In this document: positions 30,503 through 40,746 of the stretch, in pieces
How the letters are laid out: every line of letters begins with the position of its first letter
How positions within the stretch are numbered: position 1 is the first letter of the stretch
Assembly (NCBI GenBank): GCA_964561945.1
Contig: CAZLQM010000001.1
Coordinates: forward strand, 25,655 to 89,654
Length of the DNA: 64,000 nucleotides
Reading direction: 5' to 3'
From: an uncultured Gammaproteobacteria bacterium
GTDB taxonomy: Bacteria; Patescibacteriota; Microgenomatia; CAYXHB01
The notes under the pieces: generated by a model
What the model was told of the DNA's origin: nothing
Databases searched by the model: none
What the model saw: the letters and a program-made list of their open reading frames with translations, nothing else
Position numbers and translations under genes: made by a program

Positions 30503-31310
30503 AGTAAGTTTTTTGGATATTTTCAGGAAAGGAAGTAAAACTTATTTTTATTCCAGTTTGTTCTTTCCTAAGGATGTCTATCGTGAAGTTCAGGTGTTAT
30601 ATGCTTTTGTCAGAACAGCTGATGATTTGGTTGATGGTAGGCAGGCAAATATTGATAAATTTAATCTGTTTTGGGAGAAATATTGGGGAAATGAAGACAA
30701 ACCTAGTGGAGATTTGATCATCGATTATTTTAGGCAATTAGTTAAAAAAAAGAAATTTGAAAAGGATTGGATTTGTGCATTTGAGAAATCTATGCGAATG
30801 GATTTTGGGAAAAATAAATACACTACTTTGGATGAGACTATTGAGTATATGTATGGGTCAGCTGAGGTGATTGGTTTGATGATGTGCAGGATTATAAATA
30901 TAAAAAATGAGGCTTTTCCTTCTGCGCGAGCATTGGGGAGATCAATGCAGTATGCAAATTTTATGCGTGATATTGATGAAGATTTGGGATTGGGTCGAGT
31001 TTACTTTGCAGAGGCTGAAATGAAGAAAGTTGGATTGAAATCATTAAACCATCAAGATGTTTTAAAGAATGAAAAAGGATTTGTTCAGTTTATTAATAAC
31101 CAACAGAAATATTATCTTGAATGGCTCGAAGAAGGACGCTCAGGTTATCAATACTTACCCAAATGGGCGTTGCGGGCAATCAAGACAGCCGAGGAAATGT
31201 ATACTTGGACGGTTAGTGAAATTGCGACAAATCCAATGGTGGTTTATGAGAAAAAAGTTAAACCATCTATTTGGAAAATTATTTCAACGGGGATAAAAAA
31301 TAGTTTATGA
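30492..31310 (+). CDS. crtB: Phytoene synthase
   Basis: GSKTYF, YAFVRTADDLVD, YMYGSAEVIGLM, QYANFMRDIDED, GRVY. Confidence 0.9.
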   Translation: MRNEVSFLDIFRKGSKTYFYSSLFFPKDVYREVQVLYAFVRTADDLVDGRQANIDKFNLFWEKYWGNEDKPSGDLIIDYFRQLVKKKKFEKDWICAFEKSMRMDFGKNKYTTLDETIEYMYGSAEVIGLMMCRIINIKNEAFPSARALGRSMQYANFMRDIDEDLGLGRVYFAEAEMKKVGLKSLNHQDVLKNEKGFVQFINNQQKYYLEWLEEGRSGYQYLPKWALRAIKTAEEMYTWTVSEIATNPMVVYEKKVKPSIWKIISTGIKNSL

Positions 31311-32146
31311 GAGGAACTTTAAATTTTTTGGTTAAGATTTCTCGACCTAGATTTTGGGTATATTTATTTGGTACGTATTTGGTGGGATATACATTTGGGT
31401 TAGATTCACCAGAAGGTTTTCGCATTCCCATTTTTTGGATTCACTTAATATATTTTATGTGGATGGCAAATTTCTGGTTGTATGGTATCAATGATCTTTA
31501 TGATGAGGACACCGATAAATATAATCTCAAAAAAGGCAGTTATGAAGTTAGATTAGCTCGAGAACGGAAACAAACTGTAATTAAAATAGTTAAATTGATT
31601 GGCATATTTAGTATCGGTTTGATGTTAATGCAAACTGTTGCAGGAGCTCTAATGATTCTGATTTGGGGGATGCTAGGTTGGGCATATAGCAGTCCACCTC
31701 TACGATTTAAAGCAAGGGTAGGATGGGATTTTGCGTCTAATATACTATACGGGATTCCTGGATTACTGGGCTATTGGCAATCAAGTCTGAATTTGCCTGA
31801 TTGGAAAATTATATTAGCAATCTGGCTCTGGTGTGGCGCGATGCATCTTTTTTCCGCAATTCCTGATATAAAGGCAGATAGTCAAGCGGGGTTAGGAACA
31901 ACAGCGGTAAAATTAGGACTAAGGAAATCATTAATTACCTGTCTAAGCCTGTGGAGTTTGGCGGTAGTGCTGGCTGGCTTTGGCTTGGGGTGGTGGTCAA
32001 TGATAGGATTAATTTACCCTGGGATTTGTATTTATTTATTGGTTGGGAAAAAGGAAATTTCTGCGATGTATAAAAATTTACCTGTTGTTAATGCATTGGC
32101 AGGCTTGTGTTTATTTGGATATGCTATTTGGCCATTAATAAATTAG
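31307..32146 (+). CDS. UbiA-family prenyltransferase, lycopene elongase (LyeJ/CrtEb-like)
   Basis: SRPRFW, YGINDLYDEDTD..N.KK, YSSPPLRFK, MHLFSAIPDI.AD. ATGA overlap with crtB. Confidence 0.78.
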   Translation: MRGTLNFLVKISRPRFWVYLFGTYLVGYTFGLDSPEGFRIPIFWIHLIYFMWMANFWLYGINDLYDEDTDKYNLKKGSYEVRLARERKQTVIKIVKLIGIFSIGLMLMQTVAGALMILIWGMLGWAYSSPPLRFKARVGWDFASNILYGIPGLLGYWQSSLNLPDWKIILAIWLWCGAMHLFSAIPDIKADSQAGLGTTAVKLGLRKSLITCLSLWSLAVVLAGFGLGWWSMIGLIYPGICIYLLVGKKEISAMYKNLPVVNALAGLCLFGYAIWPLIN

Positions 32147-32161
32147 TCTGGGTTGAAATTG

Positions 32162-32473
32162 TTAAATTTTGAAAAATGAAGAAATTTTTGTGAGAAAATT
32201 TTGGGGCGATTTATGAATGGCTTTGGTCTTATGGGTTGTGGAAATTGGATCGCTGGATAAATTGGGTTGGATATTTTCTTGGTCACAGATTTTATCGACT
32301 AAGTAATCGACGTGATCAGGAATTTTGTCTGTAAATTCATGGATAATTTTTTTAAGGTGTGGTTTGGAGAAAGAAATATTTTGATCACGATTAGTCCACA
32401 ATTCCCATCCAATACCCAAAAGTGTACCCGCAATAAAACCGAAATTGTGATGTGTGTGTCGTTTTTTGGTCAT
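32162..32473 (-). CDS. Small hypothetical protein, YtxH-like N-terminal anchor
   Basis: FGFIAGTLLGI N-terminus. ATGA overlap with the upstream DUF948-like gene. Confidence 0.5.
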   Translation of the reverse strand: MTKKRHTHHNFGFIAGTLLGIGWELWTNRDQNISFSKPHLKKIIHEFTDKIPDHVDYLVDKICDQENIQPNLSSDPISTTHKTKAIHKSPQNFLTKISSFFKI

Positions 32474-32733
32474 TCTTGAGAATCAGAAGTTTTTTGAGTT
32501 TTGGAGAGAATCTGTTTGCCTGTTTTAAGCCCCGAGAGGAAACTGCTTAATGATGTTACGGGTTGAGCGATGGCTTCTGAGACATCTCGAGTGCGATCTA
32601 TAATTTGGTTGATTTTACGAAGTCCTTGGCGAATTTCTTGAAGGATTAAGATTAGTTGATAGCCAATCATAATAAAAACAATGGTTAATGAAATCGAGAT
32701 AAGAAGTCCAGCGGCTTGGTTGATGGTAATCAT
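32470..32733 (-). CDS. Small membrane protein, DUF948/YtxG-like
   Basis: One TM helix followed by a coiled segment (LQEIRQGLRKINQII). Confidence 0.55.
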   Translation of the reverse strand: MITINQAAGLLISISLTIVFIMIGYQLILILQEIRQGLRKINQIIDRTRDVSEAIAQPVTSLSSFLSGLKTGKQILSKTQKTSDSQE

Positions 32734-32780
32734 TTTTTTATTATGACATATTTGTCAGATTGGCGTGGCATAGGTGTCAA

Positions 32781-33422
32781 TTATGAGTTTGGATATTTGA
32801 CGTTTATGGTGCGTTTGACGATGGTTTCGTTTTTGCGACGATTAATAGCTTGGATGATGATTTGCTGTCTGCCTGAATTGACTGGAATTTTGACTTGAAA
32901 TTTGCCTGAATTATCTAAGGATATTAATTGATTGTTTATCTTAACTACTGACGTGGGATCAGCAATACCAACAACTTGGACTGTAGATTCTGAAACAACT
33001 TGACCTTCAATAGGTAATGTAACAATAAGTTTGGGCTTGATCAGGCTGGTGTATTGGAAGGCTAGAAAACCTGAAAACAATGCTAGGGTAAAACCGACAA
33101 TTGTAAAAACAATAATTCGCGAATACCACCAAGGGGATGCTGGGGTAGATTCAATCATACTACGAGGAATAATTTGGCCCGATTCACTCTCCGCAAAATC
33201 ACGGCGAAAAATAGCTAATAAGGTTTGGGGATTAATGTTGAGAAATTGAGCGTAGTTCTTGATAAAACCTCGGGCATAGGTAGCAGATGGAAGTTTGTGA
33301 TATTCATCTGATTCGAGAGCTTGTAAATATTTGCTGTGGATTTTGATGGCATGACTGACTTGATCCAAGGTTAGAGATTGTTTGTGGCGCGTGGTTTGGA
33401 GTAATTGCCCGACGGTTTTCAT
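32781..33422 (-). CDS. rodZ: RodZ-like HTH membrane protein with Ig-like C-terminus
   Basis: TVGQLL..R, YLQALESDEY, YARGFIKNYAQFL, TM helix. Lies downstream of ftsK. Confidence 0.8.
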   Translation of the reverse strand: MKTVGQLLQTTRHKQSLTLDQVSHAIKIHSKYLQALESDEYHKLPSATYARGFIKNYAQFLNINPQTLLAIFRRDFAESESGQIIPRSMIESTPASPWWYSRIIVFTIVGFTLALFSGFLAFQYTSLIKPKLIVTLPIEGQVVSESTVQVVGIADPTSVVKINNQLISLDNSGKFQVKIPVNSGRQQIIIQAINRRKNETIVKRTINVKYPNS

Positions 33423-33460
33423 GTTTCAAGTGTACCTGATAATAGCAAGAATTATTATGA

Positions 33461-35617
33461 TTAGGATGGATTTTCTTGGAGGAATCTTTGCGCCGCTAGG
33501 ATATTTATTTCGCGTTTCTTGGCATTTTTTTGAGGTGCGCCAACAATTCCTAACGTTTCCATTTCTTTTATAAGTCTAGCTGCTTTGTTGAAACCAATCC
33601 TGTGTTCAGTTTGAAGCATGGAAGCTGAAGCTCCGCCTGTGCTCAAGACTGTTTCAATGGCAAGTCTAAGTTCCGGACTAAACTGAGATTCTGCTTCGGA
33701 TTGAAGTTTGGTTTCTGCAACTGATTGGGCTGCAATATCAATGTACTGAGGATTTAGTCCTTGGGATTTAATAAAAGTTGTGACTCTTTGGATTTCTTCG
33801 GTGGTTATAAATGAGCCTTGAATTCGAATGGGTTTGCGGTCAGATGATACGAATAACATGTCTCCTTGACCAAGCAATTTTTCGGCTCCTGGCATATCAA
33901 TAATTGTTCGAGAATCTTGCATTTGGGGGAGAGCAAAGGCGATTCGCACGGGAATATTGGCTTTGATTAAACCAGTAATGACGTTTACATCTGGTCTTTG
34001 AGTAGCTAAAACAAGATGGATACCTGGGGCTCGAGCCATTTGGGCTAACTTAACAATTGATTCTTCTGTCTCACGAGGTGCACTCATCATGATGTCATTA
34101 AGTTCATCGATAACAACTACGATCGAAGGGAGAGCTTGATAGCCCATGATTCTGTTGTAATCTGCTAAATTTTTGGCTCCTACTTCCATGAATCGACTAA
34201 GACGCTCATCCATTTCTTTGCAACACCAACGCAGTGCCGGTAATACATCTTTGACTTCGGTAATTACAGGCGATAATAAATGGGGGATACCTGAGTAGCC
34301 AGTTAGCTCAACTTTTTTGGCATCAGCTAATACCAGTCTAACTTCGGCAGGATTTGCTCGGAATAAGATTGAGCAAATAATACTATGCACACAGATTGAT
34401 TTACCACTGCCCGTTGTACCTGCGATTAATAAATGTGGCATGCGGGCAATATCAAATCCCTGTGGCTTGCCACTGATATCTTTACCTAAGGCAACTAGCG
34501 TACGGGACGACTCAGCTTTGACTGGAGTTGATTCAAGAACTGAACGCAGAGTTACAGTTTCGATTTTTTGGTTTGGAACTTCAATCCCAACATAATTAGT
34601 CCCCGGTATAGGCGCTTCGATACGAATTTGGCCAGTTGGTGCAGCTAAGGCAAGGGCCAGATCAGCAGCTAAATTGGTAATCCGGTTGAGCTTGGTGCCA
34701 TCTGGAATTGAGATTGAGTATTGAGTCACCGATGGACCAACCTTGGTATCGGCAACTTTGGCACGACGGATTCCAAAAGCGTCAAGAGTGCGCTCGATGA
34801 TGGAAGCATTTTGGCGGGTGTGACTATTGCTCGTGCTACTGGTAGTGCCTGCGATTAGTAGGGAAGTTGGAGGCAACACCCAAGGAGTATTGATTGCCAT
34901 TTGAGTTAAATGTGTTGCGCTGGTTACTGACGAAGATATTTCATCAATGGCAGGACTGGGTAGATTGTGAGGCAAGTTATTGGTGATAGAAGTTGAACCC
35001 TGATTTGGCAAAACCGGACGGAGTGGCAATTGGGTTGGTGCTATATTATCTAAATTCGAATCTGTTTCAGAAATAAGCTCTGGTTGAGGTGTGAGTTTGG
35101 GAATTATTTTCTCGATTATTTCTCTAAAATAAGCAAATGTATAAAGAAGGAAACCTTTGAGTCTTAATGGTGGAATGTTAAAGATAACAATAATTGCAAT
35201 AAAAAACGAAAATACAAGGACAGAATATGCACCAAATGAAGTAATATAAGGCGAAAGACTAGAAAAAATTGATTGACCAAAAAGACCTGTGTGGAAAAGT
35301 CCTGATAAAGAAATAACCATAAGCCAGGTACCCAAGACAACATACTGGCGAACAAAAACTAGTTGACGTAGATTAAGAACTTGTAAACTTATTTGTAAAA
35401 GTAAAAAAGGAAGAGCTATTGCCATCCAACCAAAATATTTAATTACCCATTGATTGATTTTGCCTGGAACTCCAGTCGATTGAGAAAAGGAAAGAGCGAT
35501 CAAAGCAGCTAGTACCAGAATGGCAATTCCCAAAATGAACTTTAGCAATCTAGAGCTGATGTTGATTTTGATAGCTCTCTTGATGACTTTTTTTTTGTAA
35601 TGGCGTTTTTTGGGCAT
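33461..35617 (-). CDS. ftsK: DNA translocase FtsK/SpoIIIE
   Basis: TM domain, RIEAPIPG, PHLLIAGTTGSGKS, IDELND, ATQRP, GAEKLLGQGDML, gamma domain. Confidence 0.95.
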   Translation of the reverse strand: MPKKRHYKKKVIKRAIKINISSRLLKFILGIAILVLAALIALSFSQSTGVPGKINQWVIKYFGWMAIALPFLLLQISLQVLNLRQLVFVRQYVVLGTWLMVISLSGLFHTGLFGQSIFSSLSPYITSFGAYSVLVFSFFIAIIVIFNIPPLRLKGFLLYTFAYFREIIEKIIPKLTPQPELISETDSNLDNIAPTQLPLRPVLPNQGSTSITNNLPHNLPSPAIDEISSSVTSATHLTQMAINTPWVLPPTSLLIAGTTSSTSNSHTRQNASIIERTLDAFGIRRAKVADTKVGPSVTQYSISIPDGTKLNRITNLAADLALALAAPTGQIRIEAPIPGTNYVGIEVPNQKIETVTLRSVLESTPVKAESSRTLVALGKDISGKPQGFDIARMPHLLIAGTTGSGKSICVHSIICSILFRANPAEVRLVLADAKKVELTGYSGIPHLLSPVITEVKDVLPALRWCCKEMDERLSRFMEVGAKNLADYNRIMGYQALPSIVVVIDELNDIMMSAPRETEESIVKLAQMARAPGIHLVLATQRPDVNVITGLIKANIPVRIAFALPQMQDSRTIIDMPGAEKLLGQGDMLFVSSDRKPIRIQGSFITTEEIQRVTTFIKSQGLNPQYIDIAAQSVAETKLQSEAESQFSPELRLAIETVLSTGGASASMLQTEHRIGFNKAARLIKEMETLGIVGAPQKNAKKREINILAAQRFLQENPS

Positions 35618-35670
35618 GGCAATGAAGATTAATAGCTATCATTGTATCACAATGTCAGGTTCAAAATTGT

Positions 35671-37323
35671 TTAAACTTCAATTACGACAGGTAAAATCAT
35701 GGGGTGGCGTTGAAGTTTGTCAGCAAAGTGATTGGCGAGAATATCAATGGTTTCTTGTTTAACATGGTGCCAGTCACTCATTGTCTTTTGGCGATTAAGG
35801 ATCGAATTGAGATGATGTTTGGCGGATAACAAAATTTCACTGTTAGGTTTAGCGTATATCAAACCTCTGGTGATAATATCAGGAGCTTCAGCAAGGCGTT
35901 TGGTTTCTGAGTCAATTTGGATTAGGACAACCACAATACCTTCCTCTGCCAAAACTTGTCTATCCCTCAATACAACATTGCCAACATCTCCGACCCCAAG
36001 GCCATCCACCATAACATTGCGGATTAGCGCATTGTCCCCAAGACGAACTCCTTGTTGATCGACGATGACAGTGCGACCTTCGGGCAATAGAACATTTTTG
36101 CGATCATAGCCCATAGATTCAGCTAAAAGTGAGTAATGAACCATGTGTCGAAAAGTTCCACCCACAGGCATGAAGTATTGAGGATTTGTTAAGTTTATAA
36201 GCATCATGAGATCATGACGACTGCCGTGGCCTGAAACATGTAAGTCGTCTTTGATATTGGCATAGGTAACCGTAGCACCACGTTCATAGAGGGCATCAAT
36301 GGCTGCGTGAATGGCGGTTTCTGAGCCTGGAATATAGTCTGAGGAAAATAGAACATGATCGCCTGGTTTGATATTAATGAAAGAGTGATCGCCAATGGCA
36401 AGACGTTGTAAGGCAGAGCCTGTTTGTCCTTGGCTTCCTGCAGTTAAAATGGTGACCTGATCATCCTTGTATTTACGCAGATTCTTGAGGGGAACAATCT
36501 GGCGGATATCCACATCTAGATATCCAAGTTTTTGGGCGATGGTAACGTTTTTCTCAATTGAACGACCTGCTATGAAAATCTTGCGCCCGTGTTTGATTGA
36601 AGCTGAGATAGCTTGCTGAAGACGTGATATGGAAGACGACATGGTGGTGACAATGAACTTACCTTTACAACTTGAGATCTCACGCTCAAACATTTCATCT
36701 AAACTTTTCTCGCTACGAGTAGCACCTTGGCGTTCGCTACCAAGAGAATCGGAAATTAGCAATTTGACTCCTAGATTACCCGCTTGGGCGATTTTGCCGA
36801 GCTCCGGTTGTTTACCATCAACTGGAGTGAAATCGAATTTGAAGTCAGCCCCATGATAGATAATGCCAGCACTGGTCTTGATGATGAGATGGAAGGTATC
36901 GGGAATTGAATGTGAAACACGAGCAAAACTAATCTCGAAGCCTCCAATTTTGATGGAAGCATCAGATGAGACTATTTGGATATTACGCTTAATGTTATAT
37001 TCTTGGAGTTTTGCTTGAGCTAGTGCTGCGGTGAGTCTGGCGGTATAAATTGGGAACTCAGGAAGTTGAGGTAAAATATAAGGTAATCCACCAATATGAT
37101 CTTCATGGCCATGGGTCAAAATCATGCCACGAATTTTTTCGCGTTTATTTTTGAGAAAACCCACATCTGGAATTAGGAGATCGACTCCAAGCATTTCTTC
37201 AGTAGGGAAACCGATGCCACAGTCGATGAGAAGAATATCAGTATCGGTTTCGTAAGCATACATATTACGAGTAACTTCACCAAAGCCTCCAAGGGAAGTG
37301 ATGTGTACGGTATTAGGATTCAT
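35671..37323 (-). CDS. rnj: Ribonuclease J
   Basis: LGGFGEVTRN, THGHEDHIG, HSIPD, HVSGH. Confidence 0.95.
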   Translation of the reverse strand: MNPNTVHITSLGGFGEVTRNMYAYETDTDILLIDCGIGFPTEEMLGVDLLIPDVGFLKNKREKIRGMILTHGHEDHIGGLPYILPQLPEFPIYTARLTAALAQAKLQEYNIKRNIQIVSSDASIKIGGFEISFARVSHSIPDTFHLIIKTSAGIIYHGADFKFDFTPVDGKQPELGKIAQAGNLGVKLLISDSLGSERQGATRSEKSLDEMFEREISSCKGKFIVTTMSSSISRLQQAISASIKHGRKIFIAGRSIEKNVTIAQKLGYLDVDIRQIVPLKNLRKYKDDQVTILTAGSQGQTGSALQRLAIGDHSFINIKPGDHVLFSSDYIPGSETAIHAAIDALYERGATVTYANIKDDLHVSGHGSRHDLMMLINLTNPQYFMPVGGTFRHMVHYSLLAESMGYDRKNVLLPEGRTVIVDQQGVRLGDNALIRNVMVDGLGVGDVGNVVLRDRQVLAEEGIVVVLIQIDSETKRLAEAPDIITRGLIYAKPNSEILLSAKHHLNSILNRQKTMSDWHHVKQETIDILANHFADKLQRHPMILPVVIEV

Positions 37324-37337
37324 AAGTTTTTTATATT

Positions 37338-38423
37338 TTACCAGGTCGGCAGATAAGGTTTGATGTTTTCGGTAGTTAAGTCCAACGCTGTGATTTGACC
37401 TTCGACAATCTGTCGGGCAACCTTGCGACCGATTCCATTGATGGTTCTTTCTAAGGTACGAATACCCGAGTCAAAACCCAAAGGCCTAACGATGAGAGGC
37501 CAAGTGTCGTCGCTAATGGTAAGCTGATCTATATTGAGGCCTGAGTCTTGGATGACTTTGGGCAAAACGTATTCTCTACCGATATGAATTTTTTCATCAT
37601 CAGTATAAGATGGCATTCTGATTAATTCCATACGATCAAGAACCGCCGTTGCGATGTTATTGGTATTATTGGCTGTAGCTATAAATAGAGCTTGGGAAAG
37701 ATCAAAAGGATAATCGATGTAGTGATCGGTAAAAGCATTGTTCTGACCTGGATCTAACAATTCAACCAAAACTCCCATAATATCTCCTCTAACTTGTTCT
37801 GAAACACGATCAATTTCATCAAGGAGAATAACTGGATTTTTGACCTCAACTCGACGAAGTGACTTAAGAACTTGACCCACTTCGGCATCGGGTTGAATTC
37901 GCGATTGACCACGAAGAATTGAGGCATCACCCATACCTCCGAAAGGGATACGGACAAAAGGTCTTCCCATGGCTTCGGCTATTGATTTGGCGATAGTAGT
38001 TTTTCCAGTACCTACGAGCCCGACGAAGAATAGAATGGGGGCTCGCATTAATTGAGCCGTGACTTCTTCTTCAGACAGGTCTTGTGATTTGAGCTGAGTG
38101 GCCTTGAGTTGCATGACTGCGATTGATTCTAGAACGCGAGCTTTTATCTCCTCTAGTCCATAATGAGTCTTATCGAGAACTTGTTTAGCATAATTTAGAT
38201 CAAGGATATCTTGACTGCGCTTATACCAAGGCAAACTGCTAATCCATTCGACGTATTTAGAAACAGATTCGTATTCTTGAGAGTAAAATCCTGAGCTGAC
38301 AGCCCGATGGAGTCTACGTAACATGCTATTAACTCTATCCTCGAGAAGGGGTGGTAACTTAGTGTTATCAACTTGAGACTGTAAATTATTTAATTCCTCA
38401 ATTATATCTGGCTGCTCATTCAT
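37338..38423 (-). CDS. Lon-like AAA+ ATPase without N-domain or protease domain
   Basis: LPW, HYGLEEIK, GLVGTGKT, LLDEIDR, FTDHYIDYPFDLS, ATAN, LDRME, GIRTLER. Ends where the Lon protease domain would begin. Confidence 0.85.
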   Translation of the reverse strand: MNEQPDIIEELNNLQSQVDNTKLPPLLEDRVNSMLRRLHRAVSSGFYSQEYESVSKYVEWISSLPWYKRSQDILDLNYAKQVLDKTHYGLEEIKARVLESIAVMQLKATQLKSQDLSEEEVTAQLMRAPILFFVGLVGTGKTTIAKSIAEAMGRPFVRIPFGGMGDASILRGQSRIQPDAEVGQVLKSLRRVEVKNPVILLDEIDRVSEQVRGDIMGVLVELLDPGQNNAFTDHYIDYPFDLSQALFIATANNTNNIATAVLDRMELIRMPSYTDDEKIHIGREYVLPKVIQDSGLNIDQLTISDDTWPLIVRPLGFDSGIRTLERTINGIGRKVARQIVEGQITALDLTTENIKPYLPTW

Positions 38424-38483
38424 ATATTATCCTAAAATTTACTATATCACGGGAAGCGTAAAAACACAGAATTTGGTTGAAAA

Positions 38484-40643
38484 TTAGCGATTGAAACGGC
38501 GTGGTCCACCACCTTGACGAGGCCTGTTGTCTCTACGAGGACCGTTGTCGGAGCGACGTGGAGCTCGCGGCTCGCTGTCTCCTGGGTTGGAATCCAATAA
38601 CATAGTTAAGTTTAATCTGCCCATATCATCAATTTCCATGACTTTAACGGTTACTTTGTCACCTTCGGAAACTAAGTCTTGGGGATCATTAACATATTCT
38701 CGTGACATTTGAGATACATGCACAAGGCCTTCGCGCCCTGGGAAAATTTCTACGAAAGCTCCAAAATTAACCAGTCTGGTAACTGTGCCTTCATATAACT
38801 GTCCCGGCTCTGGTTCCGTAGTAAGATTTTTGACCCAATCAACTGCTTTATCGAGGCTTTCTTGACTGGTAGCACTAATCATAACCGTGCCATCATCTTC
38901 AACGTCAACTGTAGCTGAGGTTTCGGCAATAATACGACGGATCATGCGACCACCTGGACCAATAACTTCGCCGATCTTCTCAACTGGGATTTTGACTTGT
39001 TGAACCTTAGGAGCAAAAACAGAAACTTGTACGCGGGGTTGAGATATTGCCTGATTCATTTTGTCTAAGATGAAAAGCCTATCTTGGCGAGCTCGCTTGA
39101 TAATCTCGGACACTAAAGGAAGTGATAGACCTGTAATTTTGACGTCTAGTTGAACTGCAGTAATGCCTGTGACTGTACCTGCAACTTTGAAATCCATGTC
39201 GCCATTGAAGTCTTCGATGCCTGCAATGTCGCTTAGAACAAGTGGTCCTTCAGGTGCGTCGGAGATCAAACCCATAGCAACTCCTGCAACTGGCGCTTTG
39301 ATAGGAACTCCAGCATCCATTAAAGCGAGGGTTGAACCCGAAACTGAAGCTTGGGAAGTTGATCCATTGGATGAAAGAATATCAGAAACAACTCTTATGG
39401 TGTAAGGAAATTCGGAGAGTGAAGGGATGACTGGCAAAAGAGCCTTTTCAGCCAAAGCTCCGTGACCGACTTCACGCCTGCCTGGACCGAACATGCGACT
39501 AGCTTCTCCAACTGAGAATGGAGGGAAATTATAGTGATGGATATAATGTTTTTCAAGTTCTTCGGTAGTAGTTTCGATGAGGAGCCCAAAAGCTGGAGTT
39601 GCTAGAGTGGCTACAGTTAATGCTTGCGTGGTACCGCGTGAAAATAGAGCGCTACCATGGACACGGGGCAAAACTCCAACCTCTGCTGAGATTGTGCGAA
39701 TCTCGTCTATCTTGCGACTGTCAGTGCGCTTGCCTGAGGCAATAATGGCTCGAATGGCTTTTTTCCATTGATAATTAAAGGCTTTCTCAAGCAATTTGCC
39801 ATCGGCATCTATATTGGTTTCTTTGAAAGTTTGGAATGGCACGTCAAATTCTATAGTCGAACCGTCTTTTTGGGCTGTAGATATATAGTCAGCAATGACT
39901 TTTTGGGCTTGAGTTTTGAGATCTGAAGGGATTTCTGGAGCGGAAACCACGATCTTGGTAGTTTGCACTTTGGACATTAATTCTTCGATGAGCTCAATAA
40001 CGAGTTTGTTTTGGGTGTGAGCGAATTCCATCGCTTGAACAAATTGATCATCAGGAAGTTGGTTGGCGCCTGCCTCGATCATGTTGATGACATCTTTGTT
40101 ACCTGCAACGAATAATTCTAGTGATGATTTGGCAATCTGTGCAGGTGAAGGATTGGCGATCAGTTCTCCGTCTACCATGCCGACCTTAACTCCACCTAAG
40201 GGACCGGCCCAAGGGGCGGGTGAAATGGCTAGTGCCGCTGAGGCTCCGATAAAACTTGCAATATCCAATTCGGCTTCTCCGTCATATGCCAACTCGGTCA
40301 TGATGACTTGAACTTCTCGATTGAAATTTTTGTCAAACAAAGGACGAATAGCTCGATCAACTAAGCGACCGGTAAGCACGGCATCATCTGAAGGACGACC
40401 CTCACGCTTGACCCAGCGAGAACCTTTGATTTTGCCACTAGCATAAAGGCGCTCAATGTATTCAACAGATAAAGGAAAATATCCAAGACTAGGATTATCT
40501 CTACCGACTACGACAGTAACGAGAACGACACTTTCTCCGTATTGAACCCAAACAGCACTATCTGCTTGACTGGCTACTTTGCCGATTTCTAGTTTGAGTG
40601 TTTTGCCCGCAATTTCTCTGCTAACACTTACAATTTGTGACAT
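38484..40643 (-). CDS. pnp: Polyribonucleotide nucleotidyltransferase
   Basis: Two RNase PH domains (RREVGHG, SNGSTS, GDMDFKVAG), then KH and S1. Confidence 0.97.
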   Translation of the reverse strand: MSQIVSVSREIAGKTLKLEIGKVASQADSAVWVQYGESVVLVTVVVGRDNPSLGYFPLSVEYIERLYASGKIKGSRWVKREGRPSDDAVLTGRLVDRAIRPLFDKNFNREVQVIMTELAYDGEAELDIASFIGASAALAISPAPWAGPLGGVKVGMVDGELIANPSPAQIAKSSLELFVAGNKDVINMIEAGANQLPDDQFVQAMEFAHTQNKLVIELIEELMSKVQTTKIVVSAPEIPSDLKTQAQKVIADYISTAQKDGSTIEFDVPFQTFKETNIDADGKLLEKAFNYQWKKAIRAIIASGKRTDSRKIDEIRTISAEVGVLPRVHGSALFSRGTTQALTVATLATPAFGLLIETTTEELEKHYIHHYNFPPFSVGEASRMFGPGRREVGHGALAEKALLPVIPSLSEFPYTIRVVSDILSSNGSTSQASVSGSTLALMDAGVPIKAPVAGVAMGLISDAPEGPLVLSDIAGIEDFNGDMDFKVAGTVTGITAVQLDVKITGLSLPLVSEIIKRARQDRLFILDKMNQAISQPRVQVSVFAPKVQQVKIPVEKIGEVIGPGGRMIRRIIAETSATVDVEDDGTVMISATSQESLDKAVDWVKNLTTEPEPGQLYEGTVTRLVNFGAFVEIFPGREGLVHVSQMSREYVNDPQDLVSEGDKVTVKVMEIDDMGRLNLTMLLDSNPGDSEPRAPRRSDNGPRRDNRPRQGGGPRRFNR

Positions 40644-40746
40644 ATTTTAATTCTTTAAATTTATTTTATTTTGACTAAAGCAGTATAACATAAAAATGAA
40701 TACGCTTTGGAAAGCAAAACTATCAACCTAACACTGGGTATTTTAA

